A stretch of DNA of 63,242 bases, the filler included, from Intoshia linei (Eukaryota; Animalia; Orthonectida): assembly GCA_001642005.1 (NCBI GenBank). It is 4 parts of 4 records of this genome, joined end to end, with 100 filler letters (N's around TTAATTAATTAA, not from the genome) between each part and the next. Parts side by side here need not be neighbours in the genome. Positions count along the whole stretch, not along the records: positions 26,986 to 49,907 come from LWCA01000577.1; positions 50,008 to 62,044 come from LWCA01001107.1; 2 more parts are not named here. One strand, 5' to 3'. The translations under genes and the position numbers were made by a program. The number at the start of each line of letters is the position of its first letter. Position 1 is the stretch's first letter. Below, in pieces: positions 40,201-54,577 of this stretch. The notes below the pieces were generated by a model, which worked only from the letters and a program-made list of their open reading frames with translations, was not told the origin of the DNA and did not search any database.

Positions 40201-43200
40201 AAACTTTTCAAATGTATCAAATTTTGAATATTTGAATATTTCAAATATTTCGAGCACTGATAATTTTTTTAAAATGAATTTAACCTTAACGGATAGGACA
40301 TGTCCTTGACTATAAACGCAATCAAATATAGCTAGATTAATCGGATTAATTTTGGAGTGTATAGATTTATCTAAAATGAATTATAGTACCAAAATGTAAT
40401 ATAGTGTTTTTATTTTATGTTAACAATTTTTAATAAATATTAACGATTTTTTATCTAAGGCAGTGTTTTTCAACCTTTTAAGTGTCATACTTCACTTTTA
40501 TTTTTACGAAATTTCTACGGAAATTCCTGATATACATGTAAATGTGATTTTGTCAATGATTACTGATAATCTGATTTAACTAATTATCATTGTAATCAAA
40601 AACGATCTCTCTGTGTAAAAATATCTCTAAATATACATATGTATATGTAAATTTTAATAAAAATTAAGCTTATCAATGAATTTGTAGCAATAGAAATCAT
40701 GGATAACTAATCAATTATTTTTTTTTTCTAAAATTTTTAAATCTCAACCAAATATTCACAAGCCCCACTAGTGGGGCGCACGCCCCACGTTGAGAATCAC
40801 TGATCTAAAATTAACGATTTTTTCTGTTCAATATGAATATAAGGGTACTAAATTTTATTAGTTTTCATATTATCGTGGTAAGTGAATACTGAAAAAAATG
40901 TACACAAATAATTAGTATCAAAATGTTAAAGTTAATTTTTTATTTCAAAATTCTTTAAATCATTCTAAATGCTTAAATAAATTTTTATTATGTGAAGTTT
41001 TCATTTTTAACAGGATTGACTGTATTTACTATCATTGCGGAAATGTCATTTTTCACTTTAGTTTATTATTGTATATCATGAAAATAAAAAAAAATTATTT
41101 TTTAAAGTGTTTCATTGCTCCAAAAAAACTGGTTGGTGGATACTAATTCGTCATATATTATTCAAAAACTCATAATAGCAAGAAATATGATCATTTAAAT
41201 GTTATTATTTAAAAAAATTATACTCCATTCACAATATTGTTACTATGGTGATAATTCCATATTAACATGAAGGAATTGACAAATTTGCAATTCCATTAAT
41301 AAGACTTAGAATCACTACAATTTTTGTACCATTACCAGGGTCAATATATGAGTAAAAACAATGTAAATTCTATGCTATATGTGTTTTTGGTTTTTAAATA
41401 TTTTCTATTTCTAAGTTATAAAAGGCTAAAGACCAGGGATTTCAATTATGTGTTTCCCAATTGTGGCATGTGCGTTCTAATATAAATTTTTATTTTTAAA
41501 AAAAAAGTTTTTACAAATACATATTATATTATACACATATTGATATAATCATAACTACAGTATTATAATACTGTATCTGTTTTTTTTTACAGTTTTTTCA
41601 TATATTTTTCATGATTATTTATTCATGGTTACAATTTTATCATTATTTGTACACTTACTCCATTATGGTTGCTCTTATTTCAATTTTATGAATTAAAATT
41701 ATTATAAATTTATTAAAACTGTTAGTTTTAACAGAATATTTTAAGTAAAGATTTTTTTGTGCGGTCCGCGCAATAATTTTGTTTTACATTTGTCCCGCCA
41801 AGCAAATTGAGTCTGACACCTCTGCTAAAGACGATAAAATTTAGTCTAAATCGACTATTTTTTAGCATTGAAACCAGGATCACCTGCACAGATCATAAAC
41901 CACACTAATTGACAATTAGCACAAAATTATTGTGAAAAACGATAAATGTATATTTTAAAGTTCTTACCATTCTCGGGTTTAGTTTCAGTTCTAGGTGCAA
42001 AATATAAAATTTGAACTTGTATTTTGTTAATTTTCTGACTTATTCTTCTAAATAAAATACATGTAAGACGATAAATATAAAATTAAATCATGTTAATAAT
42101 ATATACAATATTATTAATAATACATGTATGCGTGTTAACAATAAAACCGTAAAGATAACCGTAACAATAAAGATTAATTAACAATTAAATTTAAAATTTT
42201 AAAGGTTTACTCCATTTCCGATATAATCAAAAAAGCTGTATCGAAATAATAAAATGAATAAAAATATTACTTGAGTTCAACATTCGAAAAAGAATCCTTA
42301 ACATCACATTGAAAAATAGCTCTATTAACAACCAAAATTTTCAAACAATTTGTACTGAAACTGTCATGTAAATATCCCCATTTATTTTTATAAAATTGAT
42401 AATTAAGTAATTTTACATGCAACTCATTTGTGGGTACATGAAAATTTTGTGAAATAAACATTTTAATTTGCAATAAATAATTCAATACGACAAGATGTTG
42501 TGGAATTTTAATATCCTTTTCCGGGAAATTTAAAATTAAATTTTTGACACATGATTTACGATTCCAGTAATTTGTTGAATTTGAATTTATAATGGACAAA
42601 TAATGGCAAATAAGATGTTCAAATTTAATACAATTTATTGAAGAAAGTTGAGTATCATGAATATATTGTAATCTTTTATAAAAAGCTCTTCTTGCTGCAT
42701 TAATATTGGGAGTATTGTTCAATTGTGGTAAGCGATTACTATTCATTTTACAAGAATCTTCATTAAATACATCAGTATGTGTGTCAATTATAGTCAATTT
42801 TTTCTTTTTAACGGTAATATTGCTTTCAATCAATAAATTATTGTACATTTCGCCACTTTTCATGTAATTATCAAAAACTGTATCAACCAAACATTTTAAA
42901 ACATTTTTCTCTTTAGATTTTATTATTATTGATGGATAAAAATTGTAAGTACATCGAGATGTACTTAAACGTAAGTTTCGTTTAAAATTATCCTTTTTTA
43001 TTTTGTAATAATCATTTTTTAATTTCGCTACAGACATGTGATACATTTTTTTAGTTGTTTTTGAATTTGATGTTCCAATTTCATTTGATTTTTCAATCAA
43101 TTCGTTTCGTTTCACAAATTGATTAAAATAATTTTGACACGAGCAATCTACACATTTACAGTCGTTTTTTTTCGTTTCTAGTTTTTTCTTTTTCAGGTTT

Positions 43201-43310
43201 TTCTCGTATTGTCTTATTGTTATTTTTATTTTTTCGTTCCATGATATTTCGTTTTTCAATGGTTTTAATGTTCTAAGTGGTTTTACAGGTTTTAAAGAAT
43301 GTAATTTCAT
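34273..43310 (-). CDS. LRRC63: Leucine-rich repeat protein, LRRC63-like, 9 exons (43310-42271, 42047-41968, 40370-40285, 40178-40095, 39702-39551, 38710-38627, 38537-38390, 34820-34741, 34435-34273), ~638 aa
   Basis: Phase-consistent GT-AG model (1917 nt). LAIFDCVYSQGHVLSVK..LIYLNISYNHF..LKYLYARNNPI..LEQLDLSYNFI..LKKLDLTGNKI, then a C-terminal CDYC...CCNISC cysteine cluster, as recalled for LRRC63. The symbol is less certain than the LRR call. Confidence 0.78.
34868..36877 (-). mobile_element. Tigger/pogo DNA transposon with decayed CENP-B HTH + DDE transposase, in an LRRC63 intron
   Basis: TA|CAGTCAGACTCGTCAATAAT ... ATTATTGACGAGTTAGACTG|TA. Frameshifted ORFs 36550-35497 contain LFEWF, KKRHNI, LDNAPVH and TSRMQPLDQGILGAFKSHYRK. 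A hAT MITE is nested at ~35197-35403. Confidence 0.9.
37635..38140. mobile_element. hAT MITE rich in CAATTAATTG subterminal palindromes
   Basis: CAGGGATTGGAAATAATTGATT...AATCAATTAATTACCACCCCTG; perfect TSD TATACATC. Confidence 0.8.
40461..40802. mobile_element. hAT MITE in an LRRC63 intron
   Basis: CAGTGTTTTTCAAC...GTTGAGAATCACTG; TSD ATCTAAGG/ATCTAAAA. Confidence 0.7.
41434..41824. mobile_element. hAT MITE in an LRRC63 intron
   Basis: CAGGGATTTCAA...TGACACCTCTG; TSD CTAAAGAC on both sides. Confidence 0.65.
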
Positions 43311-44689
43311 TTTTTATTAAAGTTTGTTGGACTCATTCTGTTCAGGAATCTTGTTTTGTTCGTATCTATGTTTATGTTGTATTAATTGACTAAAGGCAAT
43401 TGTTGGTATATATATTTTAATTTTGTCAAATATTGAAATATTCAGATTAATTAATTAGTTTTAATTAATTAATTCAGATTTAGATGTAGACTTTGAAATG
43501 TAGGGATTAAAAGTAAAGATTTACAGTTCGACAGTTTGATTATTTATTAATTTTAATTAACAATTTTAATTCAAGTTTCAAAATGTTGATAAATGACATT
43601 TCTCTTTTTTCTCTTAAACATACAGATTATTTATTCTATTTGTCGTATTTATTACGATATCGTATCACGTATCACGATTTATTGCACTTAAAAATGTTAT
43701 AAATTTAATTTTGATTTTTGATTGTTACAGTGTAAAAATTTGGATATTCGTTCATGGTATTATCCTAATTATTGTTAATACAGTCAATATTGCTAGTGTG
43801 AACGTCCTTCTATGTGAACTTCGTTTAATGTTAAAAATGTAACAATAAAAGAAAATAATCATAAAAATTCGTATAGTAACCATTTTATTATACAGTTGTG
43901 ATAGATTAAGCGGACTATGGACCAGAATTGCCAGAAAGTGCGTAATTCGTGCATTTCCATTAGTAATGTACATTTGAATGCACTTTACAACTTTAAATAT
44001 CAACGCACTTCTTATTAATTTAATTTATTCCACGCTTATATATCTTTATAAACCATGAAATTTTATAGCTCAATTATTTTTAACATATAATTGTAGAATA
44101 AAAAGTTTAGTTTATTGTAATATTTTAATTTTAATTTAACATTTCCACAAATTCTATGTATTTATAAATAAATTATACAACACTTTAAAATTTTGTAAAA
44201 TTAATATCATTAAAAAACTCAATAAATTTTAAAATATTCTGTGTCCGTCCATGTCAATCAATTTTATCACGATGATTATAATCACGTTTTTTTTATCACA
44301 ATTAATTTAATAAACTTAGTTTTTATTATGATTTTTTTTATCAATGTTCGTTTTTATCACGATTTTAATTAATTTTCAATTTTATATAGCTGATTTTCAA
44401 ATTATTATTAGAAAAAAATTGGTTCAACTATATTTATTAATCAATCGCTTATTTTTTTGATTGGTGTGTCGCGAAATTTTTTAAGATTGAAATATGTGTC
44501 GCCAACCAAAAATGGTTGGAATGCACTGCTCTAATCCATTTAATATTCCATCTCAAGTTTCGTGATAAAAACTAACATGATTATAATAATCGTGTTAAAA
44601 AATATGTGCACCGTGTCCATCTATTTTATGTTTGCATTTCAACAGTTTAAATGAACCGAATACTTGTTATTTTTATCAAATAATTTCGG

Positions 44690-45503
44690 ATATTTGAATT
44701 GTTTAAATATTAAGGAAACTATTTATCAAAACCCACTTATTTTAGTAAGTAGTGACTCATAGACTTTTACATTTTGTCACATAAGCCTTCTAGTTCACTA
44801 TTTTTAAACTCTCAACCATTGTCTGTATGCAAAATTTTGGGCGGACCATATCTATCAAAGATTTTTTGAAATTTAGACCGCATTTTAATTGCACTTTTTT
44901 CCTTTAATTTAGCTACCCACATATATTTCGAATAGCAGTCAATAATATTCAAAATATATTTGTTATTTACATCTTGATATTCTAGAAGGCTTATGCAGTC
45001 AGCCATGTATCGTTCACGTACTTTAAGTGTAATTATGGGACGTATAGGTGTTACAGTTGTTAATCCAAATCCTTGTTGACATATTTGACATTCAGAAACT
45101 ATTTTGGCTATTTCATTTTGTTTAATATTGAAAAATCGTTCATCAATAAACCTCTTAGTTTAAAGACAAAATTTACTAAATTATTCATAATCGTACCTTT
45201 ATCACTCCACAATGGCCATCTATGTGTATATTTTTAATACATTCTTTTTTTGCATTTACTTCATTATCACTAAAAACTTTCAGCTTTGATTCTCCTTTAA
45301 TTAGAACATTTAATATATACGGCATAAATAACTTAAAAACCTTTCAAAAAAAACAATTCACCATCTTTAACTGTAAAGTTTTGAGCTTTCATCTTGATTT
45401 TGTATTTTTCTAGTTTACTCAAAGTAATTAGATCTTCTCCTTGCAAAATATTAATTACATTTATTTTATCTTGCACAGTTTTAAAGGTCAAATTCTTAAC
45501 CAT
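44690..45503 (-). pseudogene. Decayed rve-type integrase/transposase (Ginger-like) with H-H-C-C zinc finger
   Basis: From ATG 45503: ...HIDGHCG...CQICQ...RERYMADCI...YILNIIDCYSKYMW..KLKEKSA...FDRYGPPKILHTDNG; in-frame stops and a frameshift. Confidence 0.8.
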
Positions 45504-45613
45504 GATGGATTGTATAACGATAAAACAATTTTTAGTGTAGCTATTATAAAATTTTTGAATTGAATTTAATTTGACTATAGCAATTACACTTTATATTTGG
45601 TAACCGTTTTAAA

Positions 45614-46420
45614 ATGGTAATTGTTTTGACATACGACACTTACTGTTGATGAAAAGAATAAAATTCTGAAAATATTGGATAACAGAATATCGATAATGAA
45701 ATAGCTTCAAATTTAGAACGCGATCATCGCACAATCCGTCGATATATAGAAAACCATTCCAACAAGAGAAAAAGAAAGGCAAAGGGATTATTCAGAAGAG
45801 TATCTGTTAAAGATATACCCATATTAAACTAGAAATGGTTCGAAACCCTCTTAGCACTTTTCTAGAGATATTTAAATCATCAGGATTAACTGATATACCC
45901 AAAACTACGAGATGAAGAATATTAAAAACGGTTGGTAAAGTCAGTCATGCTAAAGGTAAACCAGGTTTAACCAAACGACACCTGGAATTTACGATGATTC
46001 TGGGCTAAAAATTACATGAAGATAAATTTTTCAAATGTAATTTTTACCGATGAAACCAGAATATCTTTAGATGGGCCAGATTAGTGGAGTAAGGGTTGGT
46101 TAGTGAATAAACAGATCATTACCAAACCGTTTAAGGCGGCATAAAGGAGTGGGAGTATAATGATTTAAGCAGGCATTGTGAAAGACACTATTATTGGGCT
46201 TTTTAAGTTAAATGATTGAGTCAAAATTAATTCTGAAACATATTGCGCGTTTTTAAAAAATAACGATTTTTCGTGAATAAAAAAAAGAGGAAAAAGCTTT
46301 CTTAAAAATTTTATTTTTATGCATGATTATGCCCCAAGTCACGCATCCCATCATACAAAAGTATATCTTTCATCAAATGGCTATGGATATGAAAAAAAAA
46401 AATATGTATAATGAGGTGTA
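45614..46420 (+). pseudogene. Decayed Tc1-family transposase
   Basis: HTH-like IASNLERDHRTIRRYI; VIFTDETRISLDGPD; FIFMHDYAPSHAS; many stops and frameshifts. Confidence 0.8.
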
Positions 46421-46513
46421 TCCTGACAAAAGTAAATTAAAAAACAGTACTTTTGACTAGGGTTGACAATTAACCGAAAATATTAAAACCGAAAAATTAA
46501 AGAATGGTATATG

Positions 46514-47007
46514 CAGAGCCGTTTTAAGGCACTTCGTGGCCCTGGGCTAAGCAAAGGACCGAAAGCCCTTTCAAATTTTGAGCGAAGCGATAAAAAAATT
46601 AAAGGCCCATTTTTAGAAGCCCCGTTTTTAAAAATTAATAAGAGAAAATCAAAATTTTCCTACTTCGTTTTTTTGAATATTTACGTAATAGAAAGGTTTT
46701 AATGTTTAATATTATCATTTGAAACAGTTTTTATGTCAATATTATATGATAAACATTGTAGAATATATTGTAAATTGAATATTTACAAGAATTTTCATTC
46801 TTTAAACTATTTTCTATCTAGCTATTTGAATTCCCACACTTTAAAACTTATAAACTGTTTCTTGAGATAAAAATTTGAAGTATTTTTTAATAAATTGGTG
46901 GCCTCTTTTTAAGATATAAGTGTAACGTACTTTTATTAATTTGTGGTTTTTTTTAATGAGTGGCCCTACGCTACAGCCCATATTGCTCATGCCTTAAAAA
47001 GGCTCTA
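46514..47007. mobile_element. hAT MITE
   Basis: CAGAGCCGTTTTAAGGCA...TGCCTTAAAAAGGCTCTA; perfect TSD GGTATATG. Confidence 0.85.
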
Positions 47008-49907
47008 GGTATATGGAATCATATATTATCAATCGAATTATATATCTAACCACATGAAACTAATAGAAGTCCCGCGATTTCAGGGCTGCGGGCAAACAAA
47101 TAGTGATGGTAAAATATTGGTTTTATCTGAAATTAACTTTATTTTATTTTTATAAAGATCATTGATAAATAACAAATGCTCGAGGGTTATTCTTAACGAA
47201 ATTAAAATTTTTTTTATTCATTTTGTTCAGCATAGCAAAAAATCCAGATACTGAAATATCCTTTTTTTAATTGAGAAAAGTTGTAAAAGTTAACACCCTA
47301 TTGTACATTATAGTTCAGCCATGTCAAACTCAAATACGTGGCGGGCCGGATCATAAAAAATTTCCGATCATCACATTTGAAAACGATTATAATATCAATT
47401 AATATCATTGTGTAATACACAATTTTTATTAGAAAATGCTGTCAAATCAAGGTATCATCGTCGAGCATGGCGTCTAATAAGTGAGTTTTTTTTTCGTCAT
47501 TATTTTATGATAATTTTATTTTGAAAATATTGAGAGAAATATTTTGTAAATTTTTTATTCATTGTACAGGATTGGTTTTTTAATGTTATGTTCGAATAAT
47601 AAGACTAACATTTTAATTTGTTTACAACACGTATTTATATATTTTAGAAGTAATCGTTAATTTACATGCATGATTTTAACAATATCATTGATATCAGTTA
47701 ATGTTATCTACACGCAGTTTAGGTCTGATAATAAAGATAAACAATTTATTTTGAAATATTTAATAATTTAAATATTACATTCTATATACTAATATATTAT
47801 TAATGATAATAATATAGCATATATATATTTACAAAGTCGCCGAACTTAAATTTGAAAATGACCCCATGCGCCGGCGGGCCGCAAGTTAGACATGACGGTG
47901 CAATGTACAGTGTACATTGTAAATAATAATAAATTAAATTGTATAATGTATATCGTGTATTTCAATATTACTTTAACTATATTACTTGTAGATACTAATT
48001 TTATGCACTTGAGTAAATATTGACAGTTAAATACAACCTAGAACATCGAAAAATGAAGTATATAGGAATTATACAATTTATTCTCTTAATAGGTTATGTA
48101 TATTTTTAAATTTTACACAATATGTTAATAAATATGATACTACGATTATGTACTACAAAATTTAATCTTAATTAAAAATTTGAGGTGATCATCATAAAAA
48201 CTTTTTTATCTCATAACATTGATGAAGTTTTAGAGATATTTTAAATAGTAGTTAAATTGTAAAATGATTGTATCCTTGATTTTACAATTATCGTATGACA
48301 CATTTGTGTTTAATTATTAATTAATAATATAAAAATAATATTAATAATTTTACGTTTGAATTAGATATAACAATCTCAGGTACGGTTAATTACAATATAC
48401 AGCAAGTGGCATCAAATCAATTATCAAAAGGTTCATATTTAAACTTAATGATTTAAAATTTACATCAGTTTATAATATAACTTCAATGTTAATTTCTTTT
48501 AAAAAATATCAGCACCATTTTTTTGAACAAATGATTTTATATTATATTTTTAATACACACATAACTTTTAAAAATATTTGCCAATCTGATATATCAATAC
48601 ACATTATACATTTTCATAAACAAATAGATTTACTGTTATGTATTACGTACAAACAGCACTTAGCTTTGCCGAGTGCACATTTTTATCATACCAAAAAAAT
48701 AAATTCACGTTGAAAATCTAACTTAAAAATTCTACTATTCACTATTATCTCTGTAAAGGAGTGGTTCCCAAATTTGTTTCAGGTAGAACCGTTATATCAC
48801 ATTACTTTTTACTTTGAAGTGAATTATTCCATCTAAATTTTAATCGTTAAAATTTTCGTAAAGAATTTTAAAAACAATTGTTATCCCATTTTTTTAATTT
48901 GTCAGACAGAAATTCTGTATAATATTAAAAATAAAGTAAAAACAGTCCAATTCTAAAAATTGTGATAAATAGCATAAATTCCATAAAAAATAAAATTATA
49001 TAACCTATTTTGTCATTATCAATGTGATAATATATAGTCAGTACCATATTAATAAATATTTCAAAATATCAATTATGCATCAATAATTAGCGAAATCAGC
49101 ACTTTATAAACATATTTCATGTAAATTGTTGATTATTGATTTTCACCCATATTTTTTTATTGGAAATGTGTAGACATTCAATGCACATTTTTTTTTGAAA
49201 ATTATATGATTAATATTTACATTTTAAATTTTTATTTTATTTTGTTAATCGAAATATTTGAAAAATATTGGTTGATAATATATTAAAAATTATTTTTCAC
49301 CAAGAATGCGTAGATTTCTGGGGTTGAAATTTTGCATTTATATCCATTGGAATAAGCTTTATTAGAATAATCCTTTTTTTAAATTTTTGGACTGTTAATT
49401 ATTTCATATTTTTTGTTTTAATAAAATATTTTGGAAAAAAAAATATATGAATACTAAAATGCTTTTGTGTGTTAACAGGATACAACTGTACCACGTGTAA
49501 ATTTTAAATTCTAAGGCTGTTGTCATTAAAAAAAAAGGGTAATTTGGGGTATTGATCCTGAAGATATATTTTTTTTAAATTTAAATTTATAATTTTAAAA
49601 TCCGTATTAGAGTATATATTTTTTTAAATTTTCCAACTCGTGTGATTTTCAAAATGTTTTATCATATTTTATCAATTATTGGACGTATGATTAATAAACA
49701 GACACGCATTTCTTCATCAAGGTATCTAATTCGTTCCCTATTCTATACGACAATAATTATTTTCGCTCAGTCGATAATATTGAAATATTTTATTGTTGAT
49801 GGATTTAAAAGATGGAATAGATAATGATGTTGATGAAAATAAAAGTATATGAGTTAATAATATTAACTCATATTGATATATAATTTTTCATGACATTATT
49901 ATATTAT

Positions 49908-50007
49908 NNNNNNNNNNNNNNNNNNNNNNNNNNNNNNNNNNNNNNNNNNNNTTAATTAATTAANNNNNNNNNNNNNNNNNNNNNNNNNNNNNNNNNNNNN
50001 NNNNNNN
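49908..50007. other. Assembly gap/linker
   Basis: 44 N + TTAATTAATTAA + 44 N. Confidence 0.95.
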
Positions 50008-50896
50008 AGTACATAAAGTCAACCTAGTGTATAAAATTCTAAGACTTTGTTAATTTTTATATAAAAGCGCAATTTGTGATTTTGATCGTAAAGACAGATT
50101 TTGAATAGTAAAATTATGATAATATTAATGCATTTAATATCTTTATAAGATTGTGTATTTGTTATAATACTAGGACGGGTTGGAAATTCAAATCCGTTTA
50201 AATTTGAATTTAAAAAAAAAATAATTGGTGTTTTTGACCTTAAAGATAAATGTTTCTGATTCTGAGATTTACGATAATGTTAATTATTTTAAAATGCGTT
50301 ATAGAAGTTATGTTTTCTTAAATTGTACGACTAATTTTATTTTTTTAAAAATGGGACATTTTGTTTTTGATCCTGAAGGAATCAATTTATGAAATTGAAT
50401 CGAGCATTAAAATATTACTCTCCAAAAACTATAACAGAAATTAGGGTTTTTAAATTCTAGGGCTATTAATTTTTGACGTAAACGGTAACACACACAGACA
50501 TTCAATTTTATATTACATTGAAAAAGACTGAAACTCTAGCGGACGGTAACATATACAATAAAGATATTATATGAGATCATTTTTTATGCGACAGCAGACA
50601 AACATAGTTGACTTAAGACATAAGACATAAGGCTTGGTAAAAGTAAATTTTTTCCTTAAAGGTTAGTAAAATTTGATTTTTTCCTTAAGGGTTTGTAAAA
50701 GTGGATTTTTTCGTTAAGGGTTGGTAAAAATGGATTTATTTTTTTGGTATAATAAAAATGTGCCCTCGACAGAGCTAGGTGCTGTTTGTACGTATTACAT
50801 AACAGTCAACCTAGTTCACGTATAAAACTACAAGTTGTACTATAGTCGAGTATTTTTGCTTGTTTTTAATTATTAAAGATGCATGACAAATGTTTT

Positions 50897-53210
50897 TCAA
50901 ATGGGGCGATAATCCTGCAAAAATGAAAAATTTTTCAAAAAAGGTTGAGAATCCGTTATACACGATTTTTCACGATACGCGAACATAACACCATTGCTAG
51001 CGACTATGATAAAATTGTTGCAACGATGGTGTTTTAGCTCAAAAAACTCTACATGTGTATTTTTGGTTAGTAGAAAAAGAGCCGAAACTAACATACTCCG
51101 AGACAAAATTGAAAATTTTAGTGGTTCGAGTTGGATAGCCTCGGCTCTGAGTAGAATTATAAAATGGTATGTTAATTTAATTCGTATACCTGGTGGTCCA
51201 CCAGTAATGGATATATTTTTATAATTACTCAATTTTAAAATATTAACCTCACCATGAGTACAGTTAACCCACCCTACACCAGATACATACATTTAAAGGA
51301 TTGAGTAAATATTTAAATATATTTTGACAAGTCAAAAGCAAAGCATGCTACATTGAAATGCATTGATGAGATGTCTTAAAAATATAAATAAATAATATTC
51401 CAAAAATTACCATCAATAATGTACAAATGCCCGTCAATCATGGCAAACATTGGAGAATTAAATATATTTTTATAGTTTTGGTTTTGTACGGCAAATAATT
51501 CAACGTTTTTATAGCTGTTTTGATTTGTAACAATCCAATGTTTAACAACATTATTTACATCAACCATCTTGTTTTCTTCATTGGGTTTTTTATTTTTGTT
51601 GATTAATATGCACTTAGCATCGCATAATTGCTGACAAAATGTTTTTTCAAAGGTAATGATTCGCCGGTCGATAGCTTCTGATAAAGCAATGACAATCCCG
51701 GTCAAATTATCAATTACTGAAAAAACAAGAATAGACACAGAACTATCTGCAGAATTGGTCGAAATGAAATGCCATGTAAAGTATCTATTGCACATTGGAT
51801 GATCTCCGTTAACCTTGAGTTTAACATCAGAGGTTTGTTGAATCATGTTGATATACTTGAGAATAAGTATTATATTACAAGATAAGTCGTTTTCCGAATT
51901 TATAGTTAGGCATTCATGAACTTTGGTTTTAAAGGAATTTAAATTATATTGGTAGTTTTTATCATAATGGATAAAAGTTCCAATTCGACAGTTGTATTCA
52001 ACAATTAGCACCTAGATTTAGGGATAAAAGTTTTAGATTAAATTTAAATTAAATTTTATATTTACTATGATAAGTCAAATATGTAAACAGTACCGATAGC
52101 AATTTGTTTATATTATCAAATATTCTGAACAGCATAACATATTCGCAGCTTTCTCCATCCAAATCTAAAATGTTGATTAAAGGGCACATTCAAATCGAAA
52201 TATGATTGAACTTTTATGTACATAGATTCAAAAGGACGAATTAATTTACATAACTTGAATCGGTATTATTGATATTGAAAATTAATTTGTAACCTTCCAT
52301 ATCGGGAGAAATATCTGCATATTTTCTTAAATGAGTTAGTATATTTGTCAATTTATTTTCACAGTCAGTGATATGGCCGCATAAACCCGTTATTATTAAA
52401 AGTTTTTCAATATTGAGGTACATTTTTCTATTCATTTCGATGGAATGCTTTTTAATTGTCTACGAAAGGATTAGAAATTTTTTTTATTATATACTTTTTC
52501 ATTTAAATTTTTGCATTGTTCTCCAAGTACGATAGAAACAAATTTTAAAAAATCTTGAATCAAATATTTCCATATTCTAAAATAATGAATTAATGAAAAA
52601 ATGAAAAATCATCAATAATAACCATTAATAATTAGTAATATTATTAATATAACAATGTTTCTCAAAGTAATTAAAGTAAAGTATTGATCAATCAATATCT
52701 CGGAATCATAAGTTTAATGAAACTAAAATGGTTGAGATTGTGTCAAAATGTACCCGTATAATTGAGATTTATGGTTGAGCAAAATACATACATTGATGGG
52801 TTTGTTCTAAATTTTAAATGAGTTTATTATAATTTTAATATATGAAATTCCAATTATTAATCTGAAACTTAGTCAAGCTCAAATAATTTAAATTTTAAAT
52901 TTCAAATTTCAAATATTAGGTGGTACCTTTTCGTTTTTAACAATTTGATCGATATTTATCTCATTAGAAAAATGAGAGATATTATGGTCAATCATTATTC
53001 CAAAACTTGTTTTGAGTTTCTATAAAAATATACAACAAGGTAACCAATTAAATACATGAAAAGTATCGTCATCTCCACCGATAACAAATTTCTTCATGCA
53101 ATCTACAACATCATGGTTGTAATGGCTAAAAGTCTAAATCGTTACTAATTAAATCGAAATATACTCACGTTTGTCGTAAATTTGTGAATATGTGTAATTT
53201 TTTCCATCCC
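50897..53210 (-). CDS. Probable multi-exon gene of unknown function (exon structure unresolved)
   Basis: Co-oriented ORF blocks 51292-50897, 52011-51376 and 52459-52241, plus short AG/GT-bounded blocks up to ~53210; region is free of repeats. I could not build a fully phase-consistent model. Confidence 0.5.
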
Positions 53211-54577
53211 GTTATACTTGTAATCAATTGTAAATCATGTTATACTGAAATGTTATATCAAAAAGTTACGGTTTGTTGAAATTTATTTGTATTGTACACA
53301 AATGAGACTATAGGAACATGAAATATATTAATCATAAATTCCCATGCTCAATTACAGTGAGTATAAAATACAAACTGTACGGTATTTATAATACTGTATC
53401 AGTCGTATTATTTTTACATTAATCCTATTACATTTACGCTCGAAATTGAGATCAATTTTAAAATTCAGAGAATTCTCATAAGCTCTACATTTCAATGAGT
53501 TGATACATGCAGTTTAATTAAAATAAAAATCTATTTGTCATGTAACTGTGTTGACTTAATTTCATTTTTATAACGCAAGATAATCCTGGGTTATGATAAT
53601 GTATATAAATTGTTAATTAAATGTTTATCTATGTATCGCTGTCAATTTTACTGCTCAGTCTGCATTGTGTTGAAATAAAATTGTTTTAATAAAATAGTTT
53701 CGAAATAAAAAAAATGAATATTAGAGTGCTGTTTTGTCCTTGGAGGCATCACTTTGTCAAATTGAAATTTTTTGTAGGTGTTAACTGGATATAACTATAT
53801 CATCTGTAATTTTTTTTAAATTCAAGTGCAGTGTTCATTATTTCAAAAAGAGTAATCTGGGATTTTGATCGTTAAAATTCACTTTTTTGAAATTTTCATT
53901 TATGATAATGCTTGTGATTTTAAAAATCATCCCAGAATTTATTTTGTATAATATTATAGGATGTTTATAATTTTTTACAAAAAGGGTACTTTGAGGTTTT
54001 GGCCCTGAAGATATAAGATTTTATAATTGAAAATTATCATAATATTTATGAATTTAAAACTTTTTAAAAATTTCAATCTGAATAAGTGACCCCTTCACGG
54101 TCAAAAAAACATTTTAGTATTTATATTTTTTTTCGAAATATTTTATGAAAACAAAAAATGTGAAATAATTAACAGTCCAAAAATTAAAAAAAAAGATTAT
54201 TCTGATAGAGCTTATTCCAATTGATATAAATACAAAATTTCAACCCCAGAAATCTACACATTCCCGATGAAAAATAATTTTTAATATATTATCAAACAAT
54301 ATTTTTCAAATATTTCGATTAAATTTAAATTTAAAATCAAAAATCGAAAATGTAAATATTGATCCTACAATTTCAAAAAAAATGTGCATTGTACGTCTGC
54401 ACATTTCCAATAAAGACATATGGATGAAAATCTATATAATTCATTCCTTTGGCATTTTTTTCATTGCTACGCAATTTTTAAATTTCATATTCTCATTTCA
54501 AAACATTTTGAATAAAATTTAAAAAGAAACTTAACAACAAAACTAAAGCAACTTTTTTACCACCGAAATGTTTAATA

